From: Stegostoma tigrinum
Taxonomy: Eukaryota
Length of the DNA: 64,000 nt
Reading direction: 5' to 3'
Assembly (NCBI RefSeq): GCF_030684315.1
Contig: NC_081358.1
Span: forward strand, 3,100,001 to 3,164,000
How positions within the stretch are numbered: position 1 is the stretch's first letter; each line of letters opens with the position of its first letter. Shown piece after piece: positions 1 through 12,120 of the stretch. A program made the position numbers and the translations under genes. The notes below the pieces were generated by a model. The model was not told where the DNA came from. It was given only the letters and a program-made list of their open reading frames with translations, and made no database searches.

Positions 1-1099
1 ATGAGCGGGCACCTGGGAAAATTGGGAGTGGTGAGACCAGGAGTGGAATGTGCAAATAGCAACGTGCATGTCAAAAACAGGCGATTTCTCAATTCGAGTA
101 ATGTCCTGTCCTCGTGACGCGCAATGTATGAAGACCCATTAGGCTTGTTGAGTTAGAGTGTTACCTGGGAAATTTTTGCTGGGGTGGACTCATCCAATGT
201 TGGCTCAATAAAAGATCGTTGACCTGTGCCGGGAAGACTAATGTTATTACGTGCAATAATCTACCACAACAGCATGAAAAAAGACAAACATTCTGATACT
301 GTCCAATTCATTCCAAAGTTAAAAAATAATAGGTCCAATAATTTTGATTTACATTGCCTTGAGTTTAGATTATTAAGATTCGATCTAATTGAGCTATTGT
401 AATTGAGAAAGAGTCGGTGGGGGGGGGGAGCGTGAGGGGATTGTCTGGAACGATTGAACAAAATCTTTATTTAAAAAAAGAACGCTGTCGCTCAGAGATG
501 ATTATAGTTAGCACTAAACAGTGGCATTAACTTCGCCTAAAACGCTAAGATGTTCAGGATGAAATTAAACTTTAAGGGTCCCGACAGGAACGTCAAATTT
601 CCTGCTCCTCTGATGCAGCCTGTCCTTTTGTGTTCCTCCAGCTCCACACTGTGTTGTTCATGATTCTGCTGTCGCCGTTTCCACCTTCACTGGGCCCACC
701 TTTTGTTTCTGTTCACTTTCCATTACCATCACCGTTCCCTTTGCCCTCTCATCCCTCTTGTTATTTAACTCCCCTTTCCTCCAGCCGGTCACAGACTTCC
801 CTTTTGTTGAAAGCTCCCCCTTCCCTGTTTCCCTGCCTTCTTACGGGCTTAACACTCTGTCAATGTCTTAACGCTTTCCTGCTCAGGTCTCTGAAGTGTT
901 AACTCTGTTTCTGTCTCACCAAAGTTGCTGCTTCAGTATTTCCAATATTTTCTGTTTATATTGCAAAGAACCAACTTGCAGTGCAGGGGGCGGGCTTGAA
1001 ACCCTGACCAATATCTCACTGATTGGTTTGAAGGAAGTGAATCGTTTCCTTTTAGTCTCTAACCAGCAGCTGGAGAGAACAGTTGAAGATTGAGTGAAC

Positions 1100-1142
1100 A
1101 TGTCGCTGTACTGCTGGCTCATTGCGGTAACCGCTTTGCCCT
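1100..1142 (+). CDS. TRGV: TRGV #1 leader exon (MSLYCWLIAVTALP+C)
   Basis: ATG 1100, hydrophobic signal peptide, phase-1 donor GTATGT at 1143; the 90-nt intron splices in frame to the V exon. Confidence 0.9.
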
Positions 1143-1232
1143 GTATGTGTTTCTGACGCTATTATTCAGATCCCGCTGTTCATTCACATCCATCACATCG
1201 TTCCTTTGTAACGCTGTATATTCTTTCCTCAG

Positions 1233-1537
1233 GCGGATATTTTGCACAAACACTGAAACAGATTGTCCCATCCATTACCAAAACTGTGGGTAAAACCGCT
1301 AGATTCAAATGCGAAGTCGAAGGTGCAACTATTACTGCCACTGATCCCCTTCACTGGTACCAGCACAAGCCGGGCCAGGCACCCACCCGAATCCTTTATT
1401 ATGGATCAGGCGCAACGCGGGATCCGGGATTCGGTGAACGGTTCAAAGCCGGGAAATCTAACAACAAAGTATTCTACCTCACAATCGACAAACTAGAGCC
1501 AGAGGACACCGCCACCTATTACTGTGCGTACTGGATA
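1233..1537 (+). CDS. TRGV: TRGV #1 V exon, apparently functional
   Basis: Acceptor ttctttcctcAG; open frame GYFAQTLKQ...RFKC...HWYQHKPGQAP...EDTATYYCAYWI with both Ig Cys, the Trp and the gamma-type CAxW end. Confidence 0.95.
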
Positions 1538-1576
1538 CACAGTGCAACACATCAATACAAAGTTTGTACAAAAACA
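1538..1576 (+). other. 23-RSS of V1
   Basis: CACAGTG + 23 nt + ACAAAAACA. Confidence 0.95.
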
Positions 1577-1721
1577 CTGAACGATTTGAAGCGAAACATT
1601 TCGAGGAATTCACAGACTCCTCCCCTATTTGGGTAAAGTAGCGACGACACCACAGCTGGATCTAATCACACGGTACAAGTAGTCCAACAGGTTTATTTGA
1701 AAGCACAAGCTTTCGTACCCT

Positions 1722-3170
1722 GTGATATTGGGAACTGCAGCTGCTGGAGTATCCAAGATAATAAAGTGTGAGGCTGGATGAACACAACAGGTCCAGCAGC
1801 ATCTTAGGAGCACAAAAGCTGATGTTTCGGGCCTAGACCATTCATCAGGGAGGGGGATGGGGGAGACCATTCATCAGGGAGGTTCTGGAATAAATAGGGA
1901 GAGAGGGGGAGGCGGACCGAAGATGGAGAGAAAAGAAGATAGGTGGAGAGGACAGTATAGATGGGGAGGTAGGGAGGGGATAGGTCAGTCCAGGGAAGAT
2001 GGACAGGTCAAGGAGGTGGGATGAGGTTAGTAGGTTGGAGATGGAGGTGCGGCTTGGGGTGGGAGGAAGGGATGGGTGAGAGGAAGAACAGGTTTGGGAG
2101 GCAGAGGTAGGTTGGACTGGTTTTGGGATGCAGTGGGTTGAGGGGAAGAGCTGGGCTGCTGGTGTGGTGCAGTGGGGGGAGGGGACGAACTGGGCTGGTT
2201 TTGGGATGCGGTGGGGGAAGGGGAGATTTTGAAACTGGTGAAGTCCACATTGATACCATTGGGCTGCAGGGTTCCCAAGCGGAATATGAGTTGCTGTTCC
2301 TGCAAACTTCGGGTGGCATCATTGTGGCACTGCAGGAGGCCCATGATGGGCATGTCATCTAAAGAATGGGAGGGGGAGTTGAAATGGTTTGCGACTGGGA
2401 GGTGCAGTTGTTTATTGCGAACTGAGCAGAGGTGTTCTGCAAAGCGGTCCCCAAGCCTCCGCTTGGTTTCCCCAATGTAGAGGAAGCCACACCGGGTACA
2501 GTGGATGCAGTATACCACATTGGTTCGCAACAAATAACTGCACCTCCCAGTCGCAAACCATTTCCACTCCCCCTCCCATTCTTTAGATGACATGTCCATC
2601 ATGGGCCTCCTGCAGTGCCACAATGATGCCACCCGAAGGTTGCAGGAACAGCAACTCACATTCCGCTTGGGAACCCTGCAGCCCAATGGTATCAATGTGG
2701 ACTTCACCAGTTTCAAAATCTCCCCTTCCCCCACCGCATCCCTAAACCAGCCCAGTTCGCCCCCTCCCCCACTGCACCACACAACCAGCCCAGCTCTTCC
2801 CCTCCACCCATTGCATCCCAAAACCAGTCCAACCTGCCTCTGCCTCCCTAACCTGTTCTTCCTCTCACCCATCCCTTCCTCCCACCCCAAGCCGCACCTC
2901 CATCTCCTACCTACTAACCTCATCCCACCTCCTTGACCTGTCTGTCTACCCTGGACTGACCTATCCCCTCCCTACCTCCCCACCTATACTCTCCTCTCCA
3001 CCTATCTTCTTTTCTCTCCATCTTCGGTCTGCCTCCCCCTCTCTCCCTATTTATTCCAGAACCCTCACCCCATCCCCCTCTCTGATGAAGGGTCTAGGCC
3101 CGAAACATCAGCTTTTGTGCTCCTGAGATGCTGCTGGGCCTGCTGTGTTCATCCAGGCTCACATTTCATT
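1722..3170. mobile_element. Penelope-like retroelement 3' portions in inverted arrangement (minus copy ~1722-2522, plus copy ~2523-3170)
   Basis: GIY-YIG motif NVVYCIHCTRCGFLYIGETKRRLGDRFAEH; same terminal repeat as the copy at 45909-47475. Confidence 0.85.
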
Positions 3171-3939
3171 AGTTTGCATACCCTCATTACTTCCTCAGGC
3201 GTTAGGTGAACCTGGAGTGAGACGGCCGAGAGCCAACTCACTGTTGGTGTTTGTGATCTTTGCTAGAGTCGGACCTACGCCGCCGATGGCGCGGTGATGT
3301 TCTCCCTGGGCAAGGGGTTGGAGATACATTGCGGAATTTCCTCTTCAGTTATCGAATTTCAGGGTGTGGGCATACAGACCAGCCGCTAGAGCAGTGTAAA
3401 CCAGTCAAGTGTCAATGTTGTGCAGGAATGGATCGGGGAGGCCTGAGAATGTTAGTCAGCTGACCAAGAACGGGGTTATCGACGTGTAACTTCTCATTAT
3501 TTCACATACGGCCTCTTCGGCTGAGTAAACTGAGACAGAAGATAATGTCTCCATTCTACTTGAAGTAAGTTGAGATCGGGGATGTCGTGCTTGAAGAGAT
3601 AGAGGAAACAGATTTAGTAGCCACTTTGAAAAGCAAACTGGATTAAGATTTAAAGTTATACAGGGAATTGGTGACATGCCACAACCTGTCCATCTTACTT
3701 CTCGCCTATCCGCTTCAGCTTTCCTATACACCAATTTACACAACCACCTGTATCACCCCACCTACCTTCCACCAGCCCCAATCCCCTCCTTCTATTTATT
3801 CCTGAGCTCCTTTCCCCCATCCCCGGTCCTGATGAAGGGTCCCGACATGAAACGTCGACTTTCTTGCTCCTCAGATGCTGCCTGACCTGTTATGTTCCTC
3901 CAGCTCCACACTGTAAAGATTTCAAATTATACTGGGTAA

Positions 3940-4490
3940 TGGTGAAGACACAGCTGAAATATTGTGTACAGTTTTGGCCTCCTTATCTGTAGATGTTCTT
4001 GCTACAGAGGCATTCCAGTGAAAGTTTACCAAATTGATTCGTGGGATGGCAGGACTGATTAATGAGCAGAGATTGACTCAGTTAGGATGGTATTCACAGG
4101 AATTTCGATGAATGAGTGGGAATCTCTTAGAAAGCTATAAAATCCTAACAGGACTGGACAGGTTAGATGCAGGAAGCATGTTCCTGATGGTGGCGGAGTC
4201 TAGAACAAGTCCTCACATTTTAAAATTGAGATCAGATACGGATCTTTTAGGACAGAGATGTGGAGAAATTTCTTCAGCCAGAATGCTGAACCTGTGGAAT
4301 TGATACCTGCAGAATGTATTTGAGGCCACAAACATCGAATGTTTACAAGGAGGAAGTAGATGTAGCTCTCTTTGCGAAAAGGAACAAGGCATGTGGAGTG
4401 GTTGGGGGTGGATAGGGAGGACGGGGTTAAAGTATTAAGATCCATGATCAGCCAATATGATATTACATGGCGGCGTGGAATGGCCTCTCC
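3940..4490 (+). mobile_element. Degenerate CR1 LINE 3' fragment
   Basis: GNLLESYKILTGLDRLD-type CR1 RT C-terminus and CR1-like 3' end. Confidence 0.7.
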
Positions 4491-4844
4491 TATGTTTTTG
4501 TGTTGGCTTAACGCAGTACAAGAAAGCAAGCCTGTCATCGTTACCAAGTCTGGCCTGCATGTGACTCCAGGCCCACGACAATGCAGCTGATTCTTAACTG
4601 CCCTCGGGGCAATAAGGAACCGCTAACAAATACTGGCCTGGTCAGCGACGCCCAGTCCCATGAATGAATAAAAATGAGAAACAGTTGGGTCACTGCTCGA
4701 ATTAGGAAGACTGACAGCCTATTTGTGTTCAACCAATACCTAAAGAAAGATAATGTTAGAAATGTCCAGACCATCTCTTTAGTGATGTTGGATTGAGGAT
4801 AAGTATTGCACAAGTTCCCCGCCCAGAGGACAGACCACATACTG

Positions 4845-5480
4845 TCATAGAGTCATACAGCACGGAAACAGAACTTCCGGTCCAACCAGTCTATACCGAA
4901 CGTAATTCCAAACTAAACTAATTACACCTGCCTGCTCGTGGCCCACATCTCTCCAAACGTCCATCTCTTCCCTGGACTGACCTATCCCCTCCCTACCTCC
5001 CCACCTATACTCTCTCCACCTATCTTCTTTACTCTCCATCTTCGGTCCGCCTCCCCCTCTCTCCCTATTTATTCCAGTTCCCTCTTCCCATCCCCCTCTC
5101 TGATGAAGGGTCTAGGCCCGAAACGTCAGCTTTTGTGCTCCTGAGATGCTGCTTGGCCTGCTGCGTTCATCCAGCCTCACATTTTATCTTGGAATTCTCC
5201 AGCATCTGCAGTTCCCATTATCTCTCTGCAAAACGGGCCTATTTACAAACGTATCTAAGTGACTTTTAAACGTTGTAATTGTACCCGCATTTAGCATTTC
5301 CTCAGGCACTTTTTCCGCACGATAACCACCTTCTATGCAAAAAAAACTGGCCTTCATATCGTTTTCTCAAAATATCTCTCTCACCTTCAAAATAAATCCC
5401 CTAGTCTTGAATTCCCCCACCCCACTGAAAATACACCTACCCTTGACCAGATCTATACCACTCATGATTTTATAAAGCCC
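4845..5480. mobile_element. CR1 3' end (minus) interrupted by a Penelope terminal-repeat fragment (~4960-5226, plus)
   Basis: Tail gtcatagagtcatacagcacggaaac; ORF fragment LYKIMSGIDLV...FKTRG; Penelope repeat with CTGATGA...GAAAC core at 5100-5127. Confidence 0.7.
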
Positions 5481-6066
5481 TGTATCGAAGAGAACTCCAC
5501 ATGTCTCAAGCACTGGCATAGAATTCTTTACACTCACTGGGAGGGCAGATACAACCATCCATTAATGCTTCACCTACAAACGGGCACGTCCGACAACGCA
5601 GCTCTCCCTGTACTACCCTGAAATTTCACTTTGGATTATATGCTGGACCGGGGATTAAACTCAGGAGACTTCTGATTGTTGCAGAAACTCCCAGAAAATG
5701 AACCTGATCGTCGGGAGTTGAGGAAAAAATGAAATGCCTAGGAAATTGGAAATGGGGCAAGTGGCTGGCAAAGTGCCGAAATTACAATGCGTTGATTAGA
5801 AATAAACGTGTAGACAAAAGTTCTGTAGGGAGAGGTGAGGCAACGATCTAGATGGCAAAACAGATCATATAACCAGCAGGAGGGAGTATTATTTTAGATA
5901 TTTTCTTATTGAGCGGTTCAGAGGAGTTGTTACAAATCTCCCAGATAGTGGCCTCCTGGATCAGAGGTACGGACCCCTAGCGGCATTTTTTATACTGTCT
6001 GTGTCAGGATGCGAATCATTTCCTGCTTAATCATTTGTTTTAACACAGTGAATTCAGCCTAATTGT

Positions 6067-6520
6067 GATCAGAGATAATGGGAACTGCAGATGCTGGAGA
6101 ATCCAAGATAACAAAATGTGGGGCTGGATGAACACAGCAGGCCCAGCAGCATCTTAGGAGCACAAAAGCTGACCTTTCGGGCCTAGACCCTTCATCAGAA
6201 AAGGGGGATCACCTATCCCCTCCTCCCACCTCAAGCTGCACCTTCATTTCCTACCCACTAACCTCATCCCGCCCCTTTGACCTGTCCGTCCTCCCTGGAG
6301 TGATCTATCCCCTCCCCACCTCCCCACCCATACACTCCTCTCCACCTATCTTCTCCTCTATCTGTCTTCAGTCGGCCTCCCCCTCTCTCCCTATTTATTT
6401 CAGAACCCTCACTCCTCCCCCTTTTCTGATGAAGGGTCTAGGCCTGAAACGTCAGCTTTAGTGCTCCTGAGATGCTGCTGGGCCTGCTGTGTTCATCCAG
6501 CCCCACACTTTGTTATCTTA
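6067..6520. mobile_element. Inverted pair of Penelope terminal-repeat fragments with target-site duplication
   Basis: Flanked by cagcctaattgt (6055-6066) and cagcctaatcgt (6521-6532). Confidence 0.75.
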
Positions 6521-8234
6521 CAGCCTAATCGTCACTGCTGCACCATGTCGTTTCCTTGTCTGGTTAATCCGTTGATGCTTTCCCCCAGTGAGTGCGACAT
6601 GCAGCAGCTCGAACCATCAACTGAAAGAAAGAGATAACAGAGTGTGGAGCTGGATGAACACAGCAGGCCAAGCAGCATCTTAGGAGCCGTATTATCCTCT
6701 GGGACTATGGTAACTTTATTTTTTTAATGAATCCGTTCAAAGATAAACATTTACAGTATAGGCGCAGATGGAGGGGAGCAGTTGTTCAGACCAGGTGGTT
6801 CCCGAGTTAGTAAAATGATGCCGGTTGTCATACCAAGAAAGGCAACAAGCAACACAGGATATGAGGTTCTAACACGTTTTTATTTAACTTTGGACAGCAG
6901 AGTGAAACTTAGTAAAACCTTTCCTCAGCACAGGATTGAATGAATAGGGTCCACTACGGAACGGATGTACACGATTTATTTTAAAGAAGATTTGGACTCT
7001 TGGGTCAGATAAGGTACATTTCACAGATGTGAGGCGGATTCATCTGAAGCACATGAATACCCACAAACAACAGACTATCTGTTGTTCGAAATGTGCGTCT
7101 GGATGGTATTGGTTGGAAAGGATTGGTGTTTGCATTGCGTCTTGCAAGAGATAGCTTTTTAAAAAAAAATTAAAGGCATTATGGCACTAAGATAGAGGAT
7201 GAGGCATGATCATGTCGCACGGCGGAATAGCTCCAAAGAGCCGAATGGACTACCCTGCTCTCGGTTTCTAATGTACGTTTCATGAACAGGAGACTATCCA
7301 AAGAATTTAACGTTACTAACGCTGTTGCAAATCACAGCTATGAAGCGGCCAAATGGCACAACAGATCCCATCACAGGAAGTAAGATAAATGTGAAAGATC
7401 TAGTTTAGTGATGGTGGTTGAGGATAAATATCGGTCATGGCGCCAAAAGAAATCCGTAGCTTTCTTCGTGCCCTTTGGATTCATCTGCGTTCGCTCCAAA
7501 AGGCCATAGAAGTAAAGAAGCAAGTGACAAAATAAGAAACAAAAGCATCAGAAAACATGATTTCTGGAGCCTGCCCCACCGTTTAATACAATTACGTCCC
7601 ATGATCTGCCTCAGCTCTCTACATCACTTGATTCTCCGAAAAAAGAAAATTTTGTCGTCTAAGCTTTTAATATACTCAGTTACAGAGCCAACCGCAAAGA
7701 TTTGGCGTTGAGAATTCCAATGGTTCACAATCTTCAGTGTAGAAATTTCTCCTCGTCAAAATCCAGAACAATCACCTCCTTACCCTGAAGTTGTGGCCCC
7801 TTCCACCGTCGTTCTAGATCCTCCAAACAAGGGAAACAACATTTGTGCTGACCTTGTCAAATCCTTTCAGCATCTTTTGTATTTCAACTCAATCACCTCT
7901 CACCTTCTGAACTCAAAAGAATATTTGGTCAACTTTTCATTATCGGACACCCCTTCCCCTTCCAGGAACAAACGTAGTAAATGTTTTCTGTACTGCCTCC
8001 AACGATGATGTATCCTTCTTTAAATTAAAACTTCACGAATTATTCTAGATGTAGTCTCATCAAAGGCACGTACATTCGCAGCAAGTTGTCTTTAGTCTTG
8101 TACCCGATACCATTGCATGAAGGAGAAGCGCATGATTTCCCTGCGATGTTGCTTGCTACACCTAAGCGCTAATTTTCTGCGTTCGTTGTACACACACAGC
8201 CAAACTTCCCCGTATTTCATTTTCACAGGTGAGT

Positions 8235-8520
8235 ATTAAAGAGAGAAAGTGAAAAAGAATATGTAATGGACAGAGAATGATAGAAAACAGAGAGGAGAAG
8301 GGGCAAAACGGTGAATATAAAAAAGACAGGCTGAAGCAGGCAGAGAGGGCCTCAGCAGTGAAAGGGAGATCCGGAGGAAATACAGAACAGGAGAAAAGGC
8401 AGAAAAAAAACAACACGAGGCAGAGATAAAGACCGAGCATGGAAAGGGAAAACGAGAGTGGGAAAGGACAGATGGAAGAGCCTGAGAATGAGGAAAACAG
8501 AGGGAGAAAGAGCTACATAT
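8235..8520. repeat. GA-rich low-complexity tract
   Basis: Purine-rich stretch, no credible ORF. Confidence 0.6.
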
Positions 8521-9203
8521 GTCTGGTCGAAACAATAGACGGTACTTTCATCACCTGAATTCTTTGAAAATCCAAGGATGATGTTAAAGGGGGAAGCTGG
8601 TAGATCCGATTCTCAATCGCCAAATGCAGCAATTAGCGTTGGCAATAGTCTTTTTGCCCTGAACAGTCAACAGAATGATGACGTGTCAGAGAAGGCAAAG
8701 GACAAGCTGTATGGGGCTCCAGTCAGACTACGTCGGGTAATGTTAACATCTCTGGTCACCCAGACATGATATACTGGAGTCATTGATAGACGTGTCATAA
8801 GATTGCTTTCAAGTGTTAGCGGTTTGAGCTGAGCACAAAGACTGAGGTTATTTTCGGTTCTAAATTCCGACAGGGTTTGTAATGGGACGGAGAAATCTTT
8901 CTCACCTGTCCAAAATTGTTACTAGAATAGGAACGGCAGATATGACGGTTCTGGTGGTGTAGCGCCGCTACATCTGTACTCGGATATTGGGGTTCAGGTC
9001 GCATCTACTCCACAGGCGAATGATAACAGCTCTGAACAAGTTGAGAACACATAAAACACGTAGATCTGTTTTCAATCAAATTGACGGACAGATTTTAGTG
9101 AAATTGTCAATAACAAGATGAATAACAAGATGAAAACACCCACCCATTCAAATGAATGTCATCCTTGAGGCCACACGAAGGCTCGGCATTGAGTAAAACC
9201 GAC

Positions 9204-9218
9204 TGACGTCATTTCCGG
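9204..9218. promoter_or_regulatory. CRE abutting an ETS core in the V2 promoter
   Basis: TGACGTCATTTCCGG (reverse CCGGAAATGACGTCA) ending ~65 nt upstream of the V2 ATG. Confidence 0.55.
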
Positions 9219-9282
9219 TATTGATTTGGCCCTTTGAAGGCTTTTAGCAAATCCGAACCAGTTCTGTGTTGACAATATCAAC

Positions 9283-9325
9283 ATGAAGGGTCACGTCCTT
9301 GCGATTTTGCTAACCGCTCTCCTCG
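9283..9325 (+). CDS. TRGV: TRGV #2 leader exon (MKGHVLAILLTALL+G)
   Basis: ATG 9283, donor GTCAGT at 9326; 92-nt phase-1 intron. Confidence 0.9.
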
Positions 9326-9417
9326 GTCAGTACATTAGGTTTCAACAGATTATTTCCATTGTTTAACGTGGTCTCCGTATTCATAAATAACCTGATCTAC
9401 ATTTTTTTCACCGGTAG

Positions 9418-9725
9418 GAAAATCTGTCGCTCAAACGTTGACTCAGTCTCCAATATCAATGACCAGAGCTCCGGGGAAGACTGTACGGTTTGAATGTAGA
9501 TTTGAAGGGAGCGATTTCGACAATGCGGTTATCCACTGGTACCGGCACATCCCGGGTCAAAGTCCACAGCGCGTTTTATATTTCAAGAATCCGTCTGAAA
9601 CTCAGCAAGACATCACCGACAAAATACTAGTTGCCGAAAAAAATTCTGAGTCGAAAACCTGCAGCTTGCTCATGAGGAATGTCAAGGAGGATGACTCTGG
9701 GGTTTATTACTGCGCTTACTGGGCT
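9418..9725 (+). CDS. TRGV: TRGV #2 V exon, apparently functional
   Basis: KSVAQTLTQSPIS...RFEC...IHWYRHIPGQSP...DDSGVYYCAYWA, in frame with the leader. Confidence 0.95.
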
Positions 9726-9763
9726 CACAGTGACAGAAAGTCGGCGGAACCCGCGCAAAAAGC
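9726..9763 (+). other. V2 RSS (22-nt spacer variant)
   Basis: CACAGTG + 22 nt + GCAAAAAGC. Confidence 0.85.
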
Positions 9764-10084
9764 GATCGCTTTCCTGCTGATTGTTTGCAAACTGTTATCA
9801 CACAAACGACAGGTGCAGCATTTGCAGAGTTTTACCAGTTTTATACTTCGCACAGGGCTGTACAGATAGTTCTTTGTTTCCACGATATTCTTTGCTTGCT
9901 AAACTTGGAACGATAAAATTATTTTGCCAAAAACACTCGGTGTGATCTTGACGGGTGTATGATCTAATTCCAGCTACCTACCGTGGAGCCGCATCCGTAA
10001 ATTAGAACGGTTGCCACTGGGACAATATAACAACATCAGTAATCTAGAGCCCTAGGCGAAGGCTCTGTGCGTTCACTGCTTCCC

Positions 10085-11050
10085 GAATATTCAGAATATT
10101 ATCCATTCGGCTTGTTAACTCCTTAAATAATTCTAGAAAATTTGCGAGGCATGACTTCCTCTTCATGCTGCAATGCTGATTCTGCATGATTATGTTATGT
10201 ATTTCTAAATGCACTGCTGCTACACCCTTTATAAGAAGTTCTAGTATTTCAGACATTAAGCTAACTGACCTAAGTTACCTGCTTTTTTTGTCTTTTTTTA
10301 AAAAAAACGTGTTCCATTAATAATTCTCCAATTCTCTATAACCATTCAGAATCTAAGGATTCTTGAAGCACTGTAATGACTGCATCCACTATCTAATCAG
10401 CTACTTCCTTTAATATCCTAGAATGCATCCCATCAGGTCCAGGGGAAATATCAGTCTTTAGTCCTATTAATTTCCCTAGCACCTTTTCTCCAATGACAAA
10501 TATTGCATTTATTTCTTCTCCTCACGCTGCCCCCTGAAAATCTAGTTAGTTTCGAATTCTAATTGTGTTTTCTACTATGAAGACTGGTGCACATATTTAT
10601 TTAACTCCTCTGCCCGTTCCACGTCCCCAGTTATCATTTCCTGGCCTTTTTCTCGAAGGCTGTATGTTCCTTTTGCTTTTTGCTTCCTTTTCATACATTG
10701 AAAGAAGCTCTTGATGCCTATCTTGATACTACTGGCAATGTTATCCTCAAAATTTATCCTCCCTTTTTTGCTGTTGACTACTTTTCATAGGTCTCTAAAA
10801 TGTTCCGAATCCTCTAGCTTACAACTAACGTTTGTCGCATTGTGATTTTTCTCTCTAAATCTGGTGCAATCCATAGTTGGATTATCACATGCCTGAAATC
10901 CTTTTTGGTCACTGGGATATTTCAAAGCTATAAACTGCGAACTATTTTTATAAATATCTGGCATTGTTTAACTGCCTTTGTTGCTAAACTCCTTTTTCCA
11001 CTCCACACCAGCTGACTATACCACCATCCATTTCAAATTACCCTCATTTA
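10085..11050 (-). mobile_element. Old CR1 LINE ORF2 fragment
   Basis: QHCSMKRKSCLANFLELFKELT matches the CR1 RT motif QHGF..GRSCLTNL.EFF. Confidence 0.7.
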
Positions 11051-11099
11051 ACCTTCATTTGGCTTCCAATAATTGGAAGAATGCTTTCCCCAATTTTCA

Positions 11100-12120
11100 T
11101 TAGCCAAAATTTTATTACCGCTCTTTTATGCCACACTTGGTCAAATGTATCCTTGATATCAAGGGCAGTCAGTTTTGTCTTCCCTCCAGTACTCATATTT
11201 CGTGTTTGAGTTTCGACCATGGCTATAATGGGGCCAGGAACTGGTAGAACTGGCTCTGGTGGAACCCAATCTGAAAGTCAATGATCTGATAACATCTAAG
11301 TATGCTATTTTATAGGGTAATTGACCACATTTTTCATCATTTTATTAATAATCAAGAGTAGACTGATTGGGCGGTAATTGGCTTAATTGGATTTGCCCTG
11401 TTGTTTGCACATGTGACATACATGAGCAATTTTCCCTATTTCTAGGTTGAAGCCAGTATTGTAGCTGTACTAGAACAGCTTCACAAGGGGTGCAGCAGAT
11501 TCTGAAGCACAGATCTTCATTACAATTTCCATAGTAATTTCAGGACCCATAGCCTTTGAATAGCCTGTTCCTCTAGCTATTGCCTGATGCTCTTGGGAGA
11601 GAATTGAATAGATTGAAGAAAAATGGATTCTGACAAGTGCCTGAACCATATCTTGTGCACTGATGGTTGTAGGTGGAGATAACTGTGGGACTTCCTCATC
11701 CAGAGAATTGTTTAATTGTCCACCACCATTCATGAACAGATATGTTAGAACTATACAAATAAGCTCTGATCCATTGGTTGTGGTCTTACTGAAGTCTGTC
11801 TATAACTCACTGCATATGATGTTTTCATAAAAAAAGCCTGTGTAGTGGCTTGACAAGGTTGATATCTCATTTTACAGATTTGCCTCGCGTTTCTTCTGGC
11901 AGACCATCTTGTACTCTTCACTAAACAAAGTTTTAGCCCCTAATCTGATGGTGCATGTTGAACTATGAATTTGCAGACTATGTTTGAGTACAATACTGCG
12001 ATTGATGCCTACAGTGTCACACAAGTGTCCTCAGGTTTGAGTTGCTAGATCTGTTCAAAATCTATCACATTCAACACAGCAGTAATGATGTACAATATGC
12101 TGGCGTGTATTCTCGACACG
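11100..12120 (-). mobile_element. Degenerate CR1/L2-clade LINE fragment
   Basis: KAMGPE...VMKICASESAAPLVKLF resembles the LINE KA.GPD...LK.CA.EL..PL..LF motif. Confidence 0.55.

Noticed and set aside
2008-2936. Many overlapping 65-300 aa ORFs (also 46115-47240 and 55364-56512)
   Set aside because: Alternative frames of Penelope copies; the 298-aa ORF is a chimera across the inversion junction
3285-3335. W..PGQG(LEYIA)-like string suggesting a relic IgH/TCR V FR2
   Set aside because: Needs two indels; no leader, no Cys/YYC motif and no RSS nearby
6044-6050. Isolated CACAGTG heptamer
   Set aside because: No nonamer at 12 or 23 nt in either direction, even after removing the adjacent insertion
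8850-9020. VIFGS and YWGSG J-like peptides upstream of V2
   Set aside because: No RSS, no GT.L/V.V continuation and no proper donor
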